From NCBI GenBank assembly GCA_051362555.1, contig CM120643.1, positions 7,936,001-8,000,000 of the forward strand: a stretch of 64,000 bases of DNA. Direction: 5' to 3'. Below, in pieces: positions 38,919 through 51,560 of this stretch. The DNA is from Lingula anatina. Its lineage: Eukaryota > Animalia > Brachiopoda. Position numbers and translations under genes: made by a program. The stretch's first letter is position 1. Every line of letters begins with the position of its first letter. The notes beneath the pieces were generated by a model. It worked only from the letters and a program-made list of their open reading frames with translations, had not been told where the DNA came from and ran no database searches.

Positions 38919-40566
38919 AGCACGCACACATAGACACACTAAATTAATAAATAGGTAAGTATATAAAAAAACAATACTCCGTTTCTTTTATTTTCGAAAT
39001 TCTTTTCTTCAGTGTTTAGAAAAGAAACACCTAGTTTTTTTAAAAGTTCTGTATTAACAGTTTGCTTTGTCTTCTGCATAAAATTATAAATAACACCAAA
39101 GCATTTTTAGATTTATTAATGCCACGAAAAGTTTGTCGCCTTTTTTTCTTTATGAGACTATTCAGACTAAATATGTTCTCCTCCCACGATCGATTTCGTT
39201 AGCTCATCCACTAAAATGTACATAATCTGATTTGAGTTTTACTACATCTAGAGCGCAAGTCCTAGCGAATATTTTTCACAGGGTTTGCTCTCGAAACTGT
39301 AGCACAAGCCTTAAATATTTCTCTTCTCATGGTTAATTAAGTATATAATAGAATTCACATAGTAATAAAACAGATATTTGAAAATTAAAACATGATACAG
39401 AACATAAAGCGTTATTTAAAGCCTCAATACGCGGTTTAACCGCACATTATAGAAATCACATTTTCATTCAAATATATATCAATAAGATTAATATGAAATA
39501 GTTTCTTTCGTGGTCCCCTACGATAAATATTATTTTCGTTCAAATATGTTCCGTGCAATAATCTTTCCAATTCTCATGAGGAAAAAAAATCACAGTGACA
39601 GTTTTGAAGGTTTACAACCACTGAAACATAACTAATTGGAATATATAGTATATAAGTTAGTTGCCAATTAAACAAGGGGGTGGTATTACAAAACATCAAA
39701 TTCAGAGACAAAGCCTTAAAAACACTAAATACCACATGGCCATCTTCAAATGCTTAAAAAATTACCTTTTCATAATTATCTGCTTAGGATAATAAAAGGC
39801 GTGCAACCACTCCTCCTTTAATCCCCGAGAAAATGATAAACCTCAAAACGTACATCAAAATGGATAAAATGAACAGGGAAGGGGGGGGGGGGGAGAGGGG
39901 CGATCTGCTTGACATTTATAACAGGGTCATGGCTACTATACCACCTAGCGGTCAGTGAGTAATAATATCTACTCATATCAGTCTGAAGAAAGCCTACCTC
40001 CAGGTTGGTCACAAGCTAACGGTAGGACTACTTGTGCTAAATAATCATCATCAAAATATCAATCTTGTCAGACTAATGAACATTTTAACTCAATAATAAG
40101 ACAAAAATAGTTTAAGATCCTAATTTTCTTGGTGTAAGTTTTTATGCAGTATACTTGAGCGACCAATTCCTTCCATATATAATATATGAACATCTCAATC
40201 TGTCTAAAACGCTGGTTTTTAAGCAGGTCAATAGCCACTTGACTATATGAAGATCGAAGAATAAACAATTTGTTGCGATTAATTTTATATCCGTCGTTGC
40301 GACTCTCTGGGCAGAACAGACGCTATAGAGTGGCGCCTATGCTGAAAATCTGTACTTGAGATTCCTGAAGACGGCAACGCATTCAAGTCCAGGAATCTCT
40401 TTGTCTCCTGTAACTCCTATAGAGCTAGACGATATATCTTGCGAATCTGACATTCATCGTTTTCAACTGACACATTTTTATGAGTTTTGAGCTTCGATTT
40501 GCAAATTGAATAGCCTATTTACCAAGGTCATTTTGACAGTCGCATATCAAGTAAGCGCCGTCTCCC

Positions 40567-40935
40567 TCACACTCCCTCACACTCCACAGACAGTCGAGAA
40601 CTGGCAATTCCAAACTCTGTCAACACAGCCAGGTATGGTGATACTTGGCGAAGGGCTCGCAGAAAATCTTCAAAAACATCACGACGAAGTCCCTCCGGCT
40701 GAGTGTCCAAGTAGGACAAGACGCACCACAGTATAACAGACATTTTAAGCTTAGGGTCGGTGATGAAGATAATGTTATAACGCTGTTCTTCGGTCAAGAT
40801 ATAATATCCACGAAGCAGATTCGCAAATGTCTGGATTTTGTTCAAGTTATTGAGACTGGTTATCAGAGTGAAGAACAATAACAGGATCCGCTGTCGTTCT
40901 GTGGAGTTGGTGTCTTCTATAAATGTGATAGCCAT
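40567..40935 (-). CDS. Short ORF encoding a CARD/death-fold-like protein (122 aa)
   Basis: Upstream acceptor tttgcag and gaaaATG context. The pattern LLRGYYILTEEQRYNI...DPKLKMSVIL...DVFEDFLRALRQVSPYLA resembles the CARD consensus by eye. Confidence 0.45.
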   Translation of the reverse strand: MAITFIEDTNSTERQRILLLFFTLITSLNNLNKIQTFANLLRGYYILTEEQRYNIIFITDPKLKMSVILWCVLSYLDTQPEGLRRDVFEDFLRALRQVSPYLAVLTEFGIASSRLSVECEGV

Positions 40936-40973
40936 TTTCAGCGTTTGGGTAAACTCTGGATATTTACTGCAAA

Positions 40974-41012
<39 letters not shown>

Positions 41013-41052
41013 AATAAGATATTAATAATTATAATAAGTGAATTAAATAAAT

Positions 41053-41222
41053 GGGGTGTTCAGGCGCCTGGCTTCACATCCAGTGTTAAGGCCGGCTAGT
41101 CCATAAGGGCGAAAGGTGAAATTAAGTAGCTTGCCGGTGACCCGTAGATCACTCATGTCAACCTCTCCTCCCCGTGGTACACCCTGGAAACTAGGTCCTA
41201 GCGGGCCTAAGCTAGCGAGGCT
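41053..41222 (+). ncRNA. HDV-like self-cleaving ribozyme fold (slightly degenerate)
   Basis: P1 GGGGTGT(41053-59)/ACACCCT(41179-85) with G1-U wobble; L3 TCCCCGT; P3' GGT; GG for P1.1; P4 TAGGTCC/GGGCCTA; candidate catalytic C41212; P2 CCTC/GAGG. Confidence 0.65.
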
Positions 41223-41374
41223 CTGGCTAAGGGAAGGAAAACCCTGATATAAAACCTACCGCTGGGGGCCAACAACCCTCCTGGTTCAAATAATTGTTAC
41301 AGAAACCACAGAAACTTCTTAGTGACTGTGGCCTTATGTCCCACAAGGGACGAAGAGGAATGATGATGATGATT
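41053..41374 (+). mobile_element. Short non-autonomous RTE-clade-derived retroposon (bipartite 5' UTR plus 3' tail)
   Basis: TSD aattaaataaat (41041-41052 and 41375-41386), RTE-like 5' UTR motif ggaaggaaaaccctgatataaaacctaccgctg, and 3' end ggccttatgtcccacaagggacgaagagga(atg)n. Confidence 0.7.
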
Positions 41375-42189
41375 AATTAAATAAATAAACGAAAAGCAAA
41401 ACAATTAGAAAGAAATTAGAAAATTAAGTTGACTAGTTATAGAGACTGACTCGTAATCTTACATCATGTTTAATTACCTATCACGTAAACTTGGGGGGCT
41501 TTCTTTAATTAAACTGAAGCAGAAAAAATATTTCGTATAATTTGGGATTTGACTAATTATTAACGGGGTTTACGTGAAATACTAGAACCACGATGTAAAG
41601 ATGGATTCATGCATCATGTTTTCCAATCAGTTCCATTTCCCCATCAAAATAAACAATGGCTCCCCATAAATACCTAAAAACATGAATTATAACTAGAGGA
41701 GGGTAGTATAAAGGATTCGTAAAGGGCATCAAACCTGATTAAAACTTTCGCGGGAATGTCTAAAGGACCGGTCATTATCTAAGTCGCAGAATTTTGCCCG
41801 GTGTGGAGGAAAAAAATGCTTGTGCCCCCCCCTCCCCCTCCCCCCCCCCCCCCCCAACGAACAAAGTAGACATGTAAATTGATTAAGTTACTTTTCTAAA
41901 ATACGACATTAAAATATGTTAACTTTAATGAAAAAGTTCATGTGTCAGTTGAAAACAGAAAACCCTGTTACCTATTGCACTACAGTAATTGCTTGGACGA
42001 GAAAAATCTTTTTTATTCGAACAATTTACCAGGGAAGATACGTTACATACGTTACAGGTTTAAAGCTATGACGCAAAGCCTCCTGAATTACAGTTAAAAC
42101 ATTAAAACATCAAAAAAAAAAAAAGAAAAAAAAACTATAATTATCCTCATAACTGAATCACCACGCACGTGTTGGAAAACAACAGCAAA

Positions 42190-42220
<31 letters not shown>

Positions 42221-42247
42221 TAATAATAATAAGAATAATAATATTGT

Positions 42248-42281
<34 letters not shown>

Positions 42282-42409
42282 TATCTCCCGAAAAGTACAT
42301 TAGCGGAACATATATACGTTAATATCTACGTAAATCTGATGTTAAGTTCCCCATTTTGGAATATCATGTTAACCATGCTAAACATTACATTTAGATGTAG
42401 TATCGAGAC

Positions 42410-42444
<35 letters not shown>

Positions 42445-42649
42445 TTCCATACACACTTTTTAAAAAATTGAATACAACTTCATTAAATTTTATATTTTGA
42501 GACTTGTCACCTTTCATCTTGTGAAATTCACCTCTACGCTGAATGGAATTGAGTTTGGGTGCTACATAGATGCCTACATAAAAAAAGGTCCTATATCGAT
42601 TTTATTATAAAGAGGGGAATCCCCCTGACCTATCTGTGAGCTCCGGTTA

Positions 42650-43785
42650 GGCCACACTTTTTTAATTTTATGGATGACATCCTGCGCGCGCACCGATTTT
42701 CGTCCGTTCTCCAAAAAAAAAAAAAAAAAAATCCCCCCCCCCCCCCCCCCCCCAAGGAAGTCGGTTGTCGCAAACGTCGCTATTGAATTTGCCGGAAAAT
42801 GCAATCGGCAATCCTCGGCTAATTCCGCAAGCTCCATGCTGTCATTGTCGACTGCGGAGATATCCGAGTAGTTCCGAGTGCGGAAAATGAGCTTTCTGCG
42901 CATGCGTATTATCACCACGTGGAAATATGGCCGCTTTGCCGTCAAGTTCATCTCTAGCATTAATTTCAAAATACACGACAATTAAAGTCATAAAGAGAAC
43001 GGGGGTCGTCGTTTTGGATTGGTTTGCCATTGATATTGGACATGGAGATATCACATTTTTACAATTATACGAAAGGCTGGCCGCGGCCAGCGATCATCGC
43101 CCGGAAAATTTCAGTGACATTCTGGCCAGCGATCATCGCCCGGAAAATTTCAGTGACATTCTGTCCAAAGCAGCACATAGGCTTACCAGGTTTTTTTTTT
43201 TTTTTTGTAGCGAAAAAAGGGTCGACAAGAGCGTCGTGGTATTTGGTGGACTGAAGGTCAGACAGGCCACCAGATAGTTGGCTGCTACGTGTGAGTCGAA
43301 GTAGACAAAATGGCATCGACCGAAATTACCTTTTTTAGATTTGGTAGTAGGAAGCATAGGCCTATCTTTGCTTCATTTTTTAACAATTTTGTGAAGTGTT
43401 CACAATGCTTAAATTTTCTGAGAGTACAAATAAAGACACGCTGTTTATTTGATATTTGTTTTATTGATTGCTATACCAAGAGAATGCATGAAATAACCTT
43501 AAATAGATTTGGTAATATGCAGCACATATATATATTCATGACTTTTACCTTTCTACGAAGTAGGCCCTATTCACAATGCTTTAATATTTTGAGAGCATGG
43601 ATAAAGACATGTTGTTAGTTTGATACGTGTTTCTGTGGTAAATAAGTGTTTCCAGCTGTGTACTGAAAACATAACTTTTCTTAAGCAGTTTTTTTTTTTT
43701 TTTTTGACTGTTTTTTTTTTTTCGCCCGCTTGCGCCGATTTGGGGGTCCCCAGAGGATGTCATCCATAAAAATAAAAGTGTGGCC
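42650..43785. mobile_element. Non-autonomous TIR DNA transposon with GG termini and TTA TSD (Zator- or PIF/Harbinger-like)
   Basis: ggccacacttttttaattttatggatgacatcct vs aggatgtcatccataaaaataaaagtgtggcc, with tta on both flanks. Confidence 0.75.
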
Positions 43786-44883
43786 TTATTTAAACACTTC
43801 GACGACTCTTGCGAATGTCAGTGAGGAAAGAAACATTTGAAAGTAAATCATAATAAAAACATTGAAAAGTTCTCAAACACCCACACAAAATATCTATCTA
43901 TCTAAATCTATCTATCTATCTATCTATCTATCTATTCCCGTATGAAAAGTTCACATTTACCAAATATCACTTCAATGCGCGGATTTGATAAACGTAAGTC
44001 CGTGAGTAGCAGAGTACTTTTATCCCTACTGTTTTTTAACTACTGTATTTGTTTCTTGATTTTTTATTTTCGAGAATTCGCACAATTTTCCCATGTTTAT
44101 ATGTAAAATGCTTCCAAATAAACCACTCACCTTGCTGATTTACTTCGAATCCCAACTTTATTCCAAATGCTGATTACGCTCACAGAAAACGATACATCAT
44201 GACATATATATATGCATATGAGTGTCACCAACATGTCTCAGACCCGAGAATAATGCAGGCGGAATTTTTAGGCACCCGTTAAGTAGGTCAAAGTCTAGTC
44301 AAGCACAGAAATTTGACAAAGCCTGCCGGTTTTGCCGGTTTTGACACATACTGTCAATGTTGTGTACTTTTGCAAAAATAAAACCATTCATGATAAAGAG
44401 CTTTGCACAAACTTCAAACAACTGCGCATGTGCGAAAAGTGCTGTTTGAAATGAACAAGTTGGTGAAATTGACAAAGCCTGCCGGTTTTACCGTCTGGTT
44501 GATTTTATTTCATTAGCTCTCTGGTGTCTTTTTGAAAGTTTATATTAGAAATGTTCTATTGATTTTATGTTGTAAAAAGTAAATCCGTCGGAATTCCTTA
44601 GAAAAGCATTTATTTTACCTTCATTTTAAGGTAGTAATTAACAGTAAATTGTCAAAATTTGGGTGTTTTTCTGAATTTGTCAGTATTAGATAGATGAAAT
44701 ATCAACTACATATCAGCCTATCTTAAAATAATGGAAGTTTACAAATAAACCCGTAATTTTAGCCTAATTGCTAATTTACCCCTGTGGTAGCGTGTCTGAG
44801 TTTTAAATTAGGTCACACTTGTCCATATATGTGTTTGATTGGCAGCTCCACTGTGCAGCTGTATATTTCCCGTACTAGATTGC

Positions 44884-45048
44884 CAGGGGCGGATTTAGGC
44901 CGTCTTCTGGGTCTTCCGGAAGACGGTCAGATTTTCAAGTTTAAATTGACGGATATCAATTTTTTGTCGGAAGACCGTCAAAAATGTAGGATGGATCAGC
45001 TAAGATAATTTGGAAGACTGTCAGAAAATATCTTTGGATCCGCCCCTG
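44884..45048 (+). mobile_element. MITE, CAGGGGCGGAT family
   Basis: TIR caggggcggat/atccgcccctg; TSD attgc. Confidence 0.85.
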
Positions 45049-45638
45049 ATTGCTGCTAAGCCTTTCACATTCTGTGAGTAACGTCGAGCTTTCACTTGCC
45101 AAACAATACTTTTCATTTTGAATTTATCAGTGAACTTAATTCTGACGATCTATTAAAGCTTTAAAAAGCAGATATATAGATGAGACGTATATGGGCAAAG
45201 GCACTCCCCCTAGGTGTCACGTGGTGAAGAAGGCTGACGTCACGACTAACATGGTGGCTGCTGTCAATGCATGGAGGGGGCCTCCGGTTGAAAATGTTCA
45301 ATAATAATGTTGAAAATGGATGAAAGACATAGTGACAGTTACATAGGCAGTGAGTAGAGGGCTGAACCAGTATAAATAACTAAATTTCTCAGCTTGCCAA
45401 TGCAGCTCACTGATTATATAACGTTGGAATCTCCGGGGAGCACTAAAAGGCTGATTTCTCCGCTTCAGTTTATGGCTTCAAGAGAACGATTTAGACCAGT
45501 GTCAAAATAAATTAGAACTCTCAACCAATGAAAGCTGGTATTCATTCGTTAGATCTAAGGTTTGTCTGAAAGTATGTGTCTGGGATTTCATAACATCAGC
45601 TCCGTTTTCAACTTAGGCATGCTTTAGTTAGGCTAGGG

Positions 45639-47700
45639 TATGGAAGCGTATAAGTGCCACAACACACAACAAAATCACTCAACACACAACACAATTTCAA
45701 CACGACACATTTAACTTCTCGACACAACACCAAAGAAAATCGCAACACAACACATTAACTTCTCCACACAACGGAAATAGATGGCGCTTTCGGCGCGGAC
45801 GTCTTGGAAAAGCCGCGAAAACCCACAGAACGAGTCTGTGATTGTTTCCTTATTTTCTCAAGGCATTTACAATAATGTGTCACTTTTGGGGGTCCAGGAA
45901 AAGCGCACTTTTGAAAACATTCTATTACATAGAAGTTTTAATATCAGATAATCTGTTTTGAATGTTGCATATTCTATGCTGAGTGTGTGTGTGTGTATAT
46001 AATTGAGGGGGGGGGGGGGGGAGCCAAAATCGTATTTGCGGAGAGAAACAGGGGTGGACGGAGGGAGAAGCAAGCAGCAGCAAGTATACCACGACTAGGT
46101 AACCCTCATCGCGAAAGCCGGGCAGGTTCTTACGGTATCTCTTCGACGTGCGCTGAGACCGAGACGGTCGCCGATTATTGCCTACGGGGTACGGGCAACC
46201 CTCATCGCAGAAGCTTGCTAGGGTGTTTACGGTGTTACAGTCTTTCCTTGCCGCGCTGGGAGGCCGAGTTGACCGTCTGTACCAGTCACAGTCAGCCTGC
46301 ACAGCGGAAGCCGGGAAGTGGGGGTGGGGGAATAAGGGTGAGGTTGAAGAGGGGGAAGGGCCCCCCGGGGACTCCCTTTGTAGTTCGAAATATAATTTTT
46401 AATTTTATTGCATTTTTGAAAAGGATTCTGATGCCGAGAAACCAGTGTCGTTTTTCGAAAAACGATCCTGGCAGCCCGAAACTAGTGTCGTTTTTCAAAA
46501 ACGATTTTGACAACCAGAAACGAGTGTCGTTTTTCGAAAAACGATTCCGGCAACTAGAAAGTAGTGTCGCTTTTCAAAAACGATTCTAAGAAGCCAGAAT
46601 AGTTTTTTTACGGGGAGAAACAGGAGTGGACAGAGTAGAGGCAACGCGCGCTTAAAATCTACCGTGACCAGGTAACCTTCTCTGCGGAAGTTGGAAAGGG
46701 TGTTGTACGTTCTCTTCTCGCCGTGCGCTGAGACCGAGACGGTAGCGGTCAATGAAATAGGTGTCTTAAAAAAAAAAAACGATTCTGAAAAGCCAGAATC
46801 TTTCTTTTTCAATAAAATTAAAAATGATACCTCAAACTACAAAGGAAGAACCTGGGGGCCCTTCCCCTTCCTCACTCTCTTCCGCCAACCCCAACCCCAC
46901 CAAAACACCCTTCACGGTTTTCGCTGTAAAGGCGGCCTGTGCCTCGTAGAGGCGGTCATCTAGTCTTCAGTGCACAGCGAGAAAAAACCAAAACTCCCTG
47001 AATACCCTGCCCGGCATCGGGTCCGTAGGCAATGATCGGCGACCGTCTCGGTCTCAGCGCACGGCGAGGAGAGACCGTAACACCCTGTCCGGCTTTCACA
47101 GTGAGAGTTACCTAGTCGCGGTACACGCACACCGCTGGTTGTCTCTCCCTCTGCTCACCCCTGTTTCTCTCCGCAAAAATTATTCTGGCTTCTCAGCATC
47201 GTTTTTGAAAAACTAAACTAGTTTCTGGTTGCCAGGTTCGTTTTTGAAAAATGAAACTGGAAACTAGAAACTAGACACTAACTTCAGCGCTCTGTGTCAA
47301 ATTACAAGTTCGGTGTTACTATTTACTATGATATGCTAGTTAATGAAGTACAGATGTGTATTGAATGTATAAATTGTCACATATGATATTGGTCGGTCTG
47401 AGTACAATTAGAACACTAGCTATAGTTTTTAAATTATTTTTATTACTTTTAATTTTAATTAATTATTCTTATTTTCTGTAATTTTGGGTTTATTTTTTTG
47501 TTTAAGATTCACGGTATACTATTTTTAAGGTCAGCTGATAATTTGAATGAACCTGTTACTGTTTATAAGTGAAGAAAATTTTCTAAAATTTCATAATTAT
47601 CCACTTATATTTTCTGTCAAATCCGCACCCATTGTCAATAGCTAATATATCCCCCGGCTTCAATACTGTAAACATCAATAATACCCCCCCCCCCCCCTCA

Positions 47701-47738
<38 letters not shown>

Positions 47739-48248
47739 CATAGAATACAGGGGCGGATTTAGGCCGTCTTCTGGGTCTTCCGGAAGACGGTCAGATTTTC
47801 AAGTTTACATTGACGGGTATCTGATTTTTTTCTGTCGGAAGACGGTCAAAAATGGAGGATGGATCAACAAAGATAATTTGGAAGACTGTCAGAAAATATC
47901 TCTGAATCCGTCCCTGGAATATGCAACATTCACAACAAATTATCTGATATTAAAACTTCTCTGTAGTACAATGTTTTCAAAAGTGCGCTTTTCCTGGACC
48001 CCAAAGTGACACATTATTATAAATGCCTTGAGAAAATAAGGAAACAATTACAGAATCGTTGTGGGTTTTCGCGGCTTTTCCAAGACGTCCGCGCCGAAAG
48101 CGCCATCTATTTCCATTGTGTCGAGAAGTAAATGTGTTGTGTTGCGATTTTCTTTGGTGTTGTGTCAAGAAGTTAAATGTGTCGTGTTGAAATTGTGTTG
48201 TGTGTTGAGTGATTTTGTTGTGTGTTGTGGCACTTATACGCTTCCATA
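45639..48248. mobile_element. Foldback non-autonomous DNA transposon, IS3EU-like (TAT...ATA ends, 6-bp TSD CTAGGG, ~380-bp TIRs)
   Basis: tatggaagcgtataagtgccacaacac... is mirrored at 47680-48248, with ctaggg on both flanks. There is an inner inverted pair and short tandem repeats. Confidence 0.8.
47748..47916 (+). mobile_element. MITE, CAGGGGCGGAT family, nested in the right TIR of the foldback element
   Basis: TSD gaata; the left TIR shows the empty site. Confidence 0.85.
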
Positions 48249-49295
48249 CTAGGGGGTCTCGTTGAACTGGAAACCAAGTTTATTTTGATATCTCTGCTAA
48301 TTTAACACATATCGCTAATTTGAGGCGCATTCTTGTTGATCCCTATGAGGGCTCACGAGTCAAGCTGTCTACACATGTCCATTTGTAGTGGACTTCTAGT
48401 TTTTAAGGTGTAAAGATCATGTTGAGCACATGCACCTATTAAGCATTATATCTCATTACGTAACGATTACATAATAAAATAAGGATATGAAATGAAGAGC
48501 TGTTGAAATAAGCTTTCTATTGATATGTAACATGTTGGTATATCTTGGCCGGTTTAGAAGATAGCTACCCCTGTTATCTACATCCTTAAGGGGATTCCCA
48601 TTGTATTTATAGTGTTATATGTGGCCCCAATGGGGATTTTCACACCTCCCCCACTCTTGATTAATAAAATGCTTCATCTGGAGGATTGTAAATTATATTG
48701 CAAAATACATTGAAAATCGTAGGAAGGTTAACTGCAGATAATGCTGCGAGGATATTCTTAACAGTGGGGGAACTCGGCCAATATAAAATTTTTAACTTCG
48801 TTTTTACGATTTTGGAGCGCCTGTTCTAATTTTTGAAAGCGAGGCAATGGAACCAAACAATGCGATACAATTTGTAATCTCGTAAAAATTGCTATTTTTA
48901 TATAAAGGTTATAGCATGGAGTACATCGAAATGCGACTTGTTTATTATTATGATCTTTAATAATTATTAATATAATGTGCGTGCGCATCTTTTGACGTAT
49001 CACGTGATACCCTTCCAACCACCACTGTTGTTTCCCAGTGGCTCACAGAAAAAGTACTGGGAGCTATATTAATGAAACTTACATTATCTGAAAATTTGAT
49101 TTGTTTTCTACAAAAATGTAAAAAATTTAAATTTCAATGAACAAAAAAAAAATTTTGACACCCATGGCACCGTTACCGTGTTTTGACCCATATATATCAT
49201 TTGATTTTCATTTATTCTTTATAAGTTGAAAAAAAAATTAGTAGGATTTGTTAAGTTTGTGAAAATGAAGAGTAAGAATTATGTCTTGTTACATG

Positions 49296-49718
49296 CAGGG
49301 GCGGATTTAGGCGCTCTTCTGGGTCTTCCGGAAGACGGTCAGATTTTCAAGTTTACATTGACGGGTATTTAATTTTAATTTTTTCTGATGGTAGACGGTC
49401 AAAATTGGAGAATGAATCAACAAAAACAATTTGGAAGACTCAGTAAATGGTTTTTCATTCGCCCCTGACGTGATATCAGTCTTTATTTGGTGAGCTTTAG
49501 AGTCTTCAAAACAAGAACTTTTTTCTTTTTAAATCAAAACAAAGAGTTCTTACACATTCAGGGGTGGATCGAGGCCATCTCCTGGGTCTTCTGGAAGACC
49601 ATCAGAATTTTTCTAGTTTACATTGACAAGCATCCAATTTTTCTGTCGGAAGACGGTCAAAAATTGAAGATGGATCAAAAAGACAGTTGGCACAACTGTC
49701 AGAAAATATCTCTGGATA
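49296..49718 (+). mobile_element. Two further CAGGGGCGGAT MITE copies (49296-49467; 49559-~49718, truncated by (TA)n)
   Basis: Same internal sequence; TSD acatg/acgtg for the first copy. Confidence 0.75.
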
Positions 49719-49727
49719 TATATATAC

Positions 49728-49781
<54 letters not shown>

Positions 49782-49860
49782 CTACCACAAAGTTAAGTTT
49801 CATTGTCAATGTTATTTCATCCTTCAGCATGCAATAATAGCATTCATAATTTTTGTATAG

Positions 49861-51560
49861 GTGAAGTGCTGCATGAGAGGGAAGATCATTGCCATGTGTT
49901 TAAAGAATTACTGGACATCTTAGAGATGGACAAATTCGAGATTTTGACGGCACAAAACTTGTGGAGATGCTTCATGACAAAGACACCATCCTTACATACT
50001 CCGCACTTGTAAGGAAAAATAAACAGAGTGTGCCTGATTGTGAAAGGTTAGTTTTATTAGGCCCCTAGGGACCATTTCCACAGATATTTGGACTGATCTA
50101 TCTCCTTGGGGAGTCTCACTAAATTGCTATCAACTGGACAGATCAGTTGGACCGATCCAGATGGATCGATATAGGCATGGGAGGCCAGTCCTATTCCTCT
50201 ACCTTCTCATTCTCTGGTATTATGTATATAATTATCAGAGATGTTTATCCATAGTCTGTAAATGCATTGTTTATAAACTATTTAAATTCCTGAATAACCT
50301 AAATGTTTTTTTTTTTCTAATACTTACCCTATTTCATTTTTAGAATATTTTCTAAACCTATGATCAAGATCATGGAAGAGAAGGGGTATACTTATGAAGC
50401 CACCTTCCTGAAAATAGTTTTCAACTGGCACAGAGCTGCTGATGGTAGAGGCCTCACTGAACCAAAAAGAAGGCAGTACAACCATGGCTTTCTGAATTAC
50501 ATACTAGATGGGTGGATTCCTTGGCAGACATGGCCAGGGTATAATTATAGGGATATTGATGTTAACTGGTGGGTATAGACTACGTACATCATATACACTG
50601 AGTGTGACATAACACATGATAGTTCAGGGGCGGATTTAGGCCGTCTTCTGGGTCTTCCGGAAGACAGTCAGATTTTTAAGTTTACATTGAGGGGTATCTA
50701 ATTTTTTCTGTCGGAAGACGGTCAAAAATGGTGGATGGATCAACAAAGATAATTTGGAAGACTGTCAGAAAATATTTCTGGATCCGCCCCTGTAGTTGAT
50801 GGGGGACTTTTTCTGGTGGCTTTTAATAAATTATGTTTGATATGTCATATACATGGGCAATTGTTTAAAATTTTCATTTTATTTGTAGCCCAATCAAAGG
50901 CATCTGTGGTTTAACAAGAGAACTAGTGGTGGCCCTTGTCTACAATCTGGAGTCAAAATTGCAGAGGTAAACGGATGTAACACGTCCTCCAAAAAAACCC
51001 AGAAACTGATGATGTTAAAGCATTTTTTGCTATGTTGAGGGGTCTAGCTGTTGGGAAAAACACAAAACAACTCTTTGAGCAATATCCGTAAGAATATTAA
51101 GTCTTAAATTATTTTTTGGCGTAATGAACGTAAACTTTGATAAAAAACAGCATATTAAATTATTCTAAAAATAATATATGATACATATTAAATGAGTACT
51201 TAAAAATATATAGATAATTTCTGCATGAAAGATGATGACATTACTTTATGATAACATTATTAATGTCGATTCCTTTGCATATTCAGAAAAATCCTTCAGG
51301 AGTTCTTCAAAAAGATAGATAATGAAGAAAAGCTCTACTACTATACAGGTCACTGTGTCTATGGGATTAACAAATAACTCCCCTCCTTTTATGAACCTGG
51401 TAAAAGTGACAGGTTTGAAAAATTGAAGGGAGGAAGAAGGGGAGACCAGGTGTATTTGCGGCAGGTAGAGCAACCTACACAGCTGCAGGTGGTCAGTCTG
51501 TAAGAGCAATTAAGGTTTCACAGTGCCACAGAGGAGCTACCATCTGTGCAGGTAGCTGTG
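49861..51560 (+). pseudogene. Degenerate intron-containing P-element/THAP9-like transposase fragment
   Basis: Exons ~49861-50047 (EDHCHVFK...LTYSALVRKNKQSVPDCE), ~50344-50567 (IFSKPMIKIMEEKGY...NWHRAADGRGL...WIPW) and ~50889-51090 (IKGICGLTRELVVALVYNLES...TDDVKAFF). D(2)H motif present; frameshifts present. Confidence 0.55.
50625..50792 (+). mobile_element. MITE, CAGGGGCGGAT family
   Basis: TIRs intact; TSD tagtt. Confidence 0.85.

Noticed and set aside
45987-46963. 200-aa and neighbouring ORFs
   Set aside because: They lie in GC-rich inverted and tandem repeats of the foldback element, with no domain signal.
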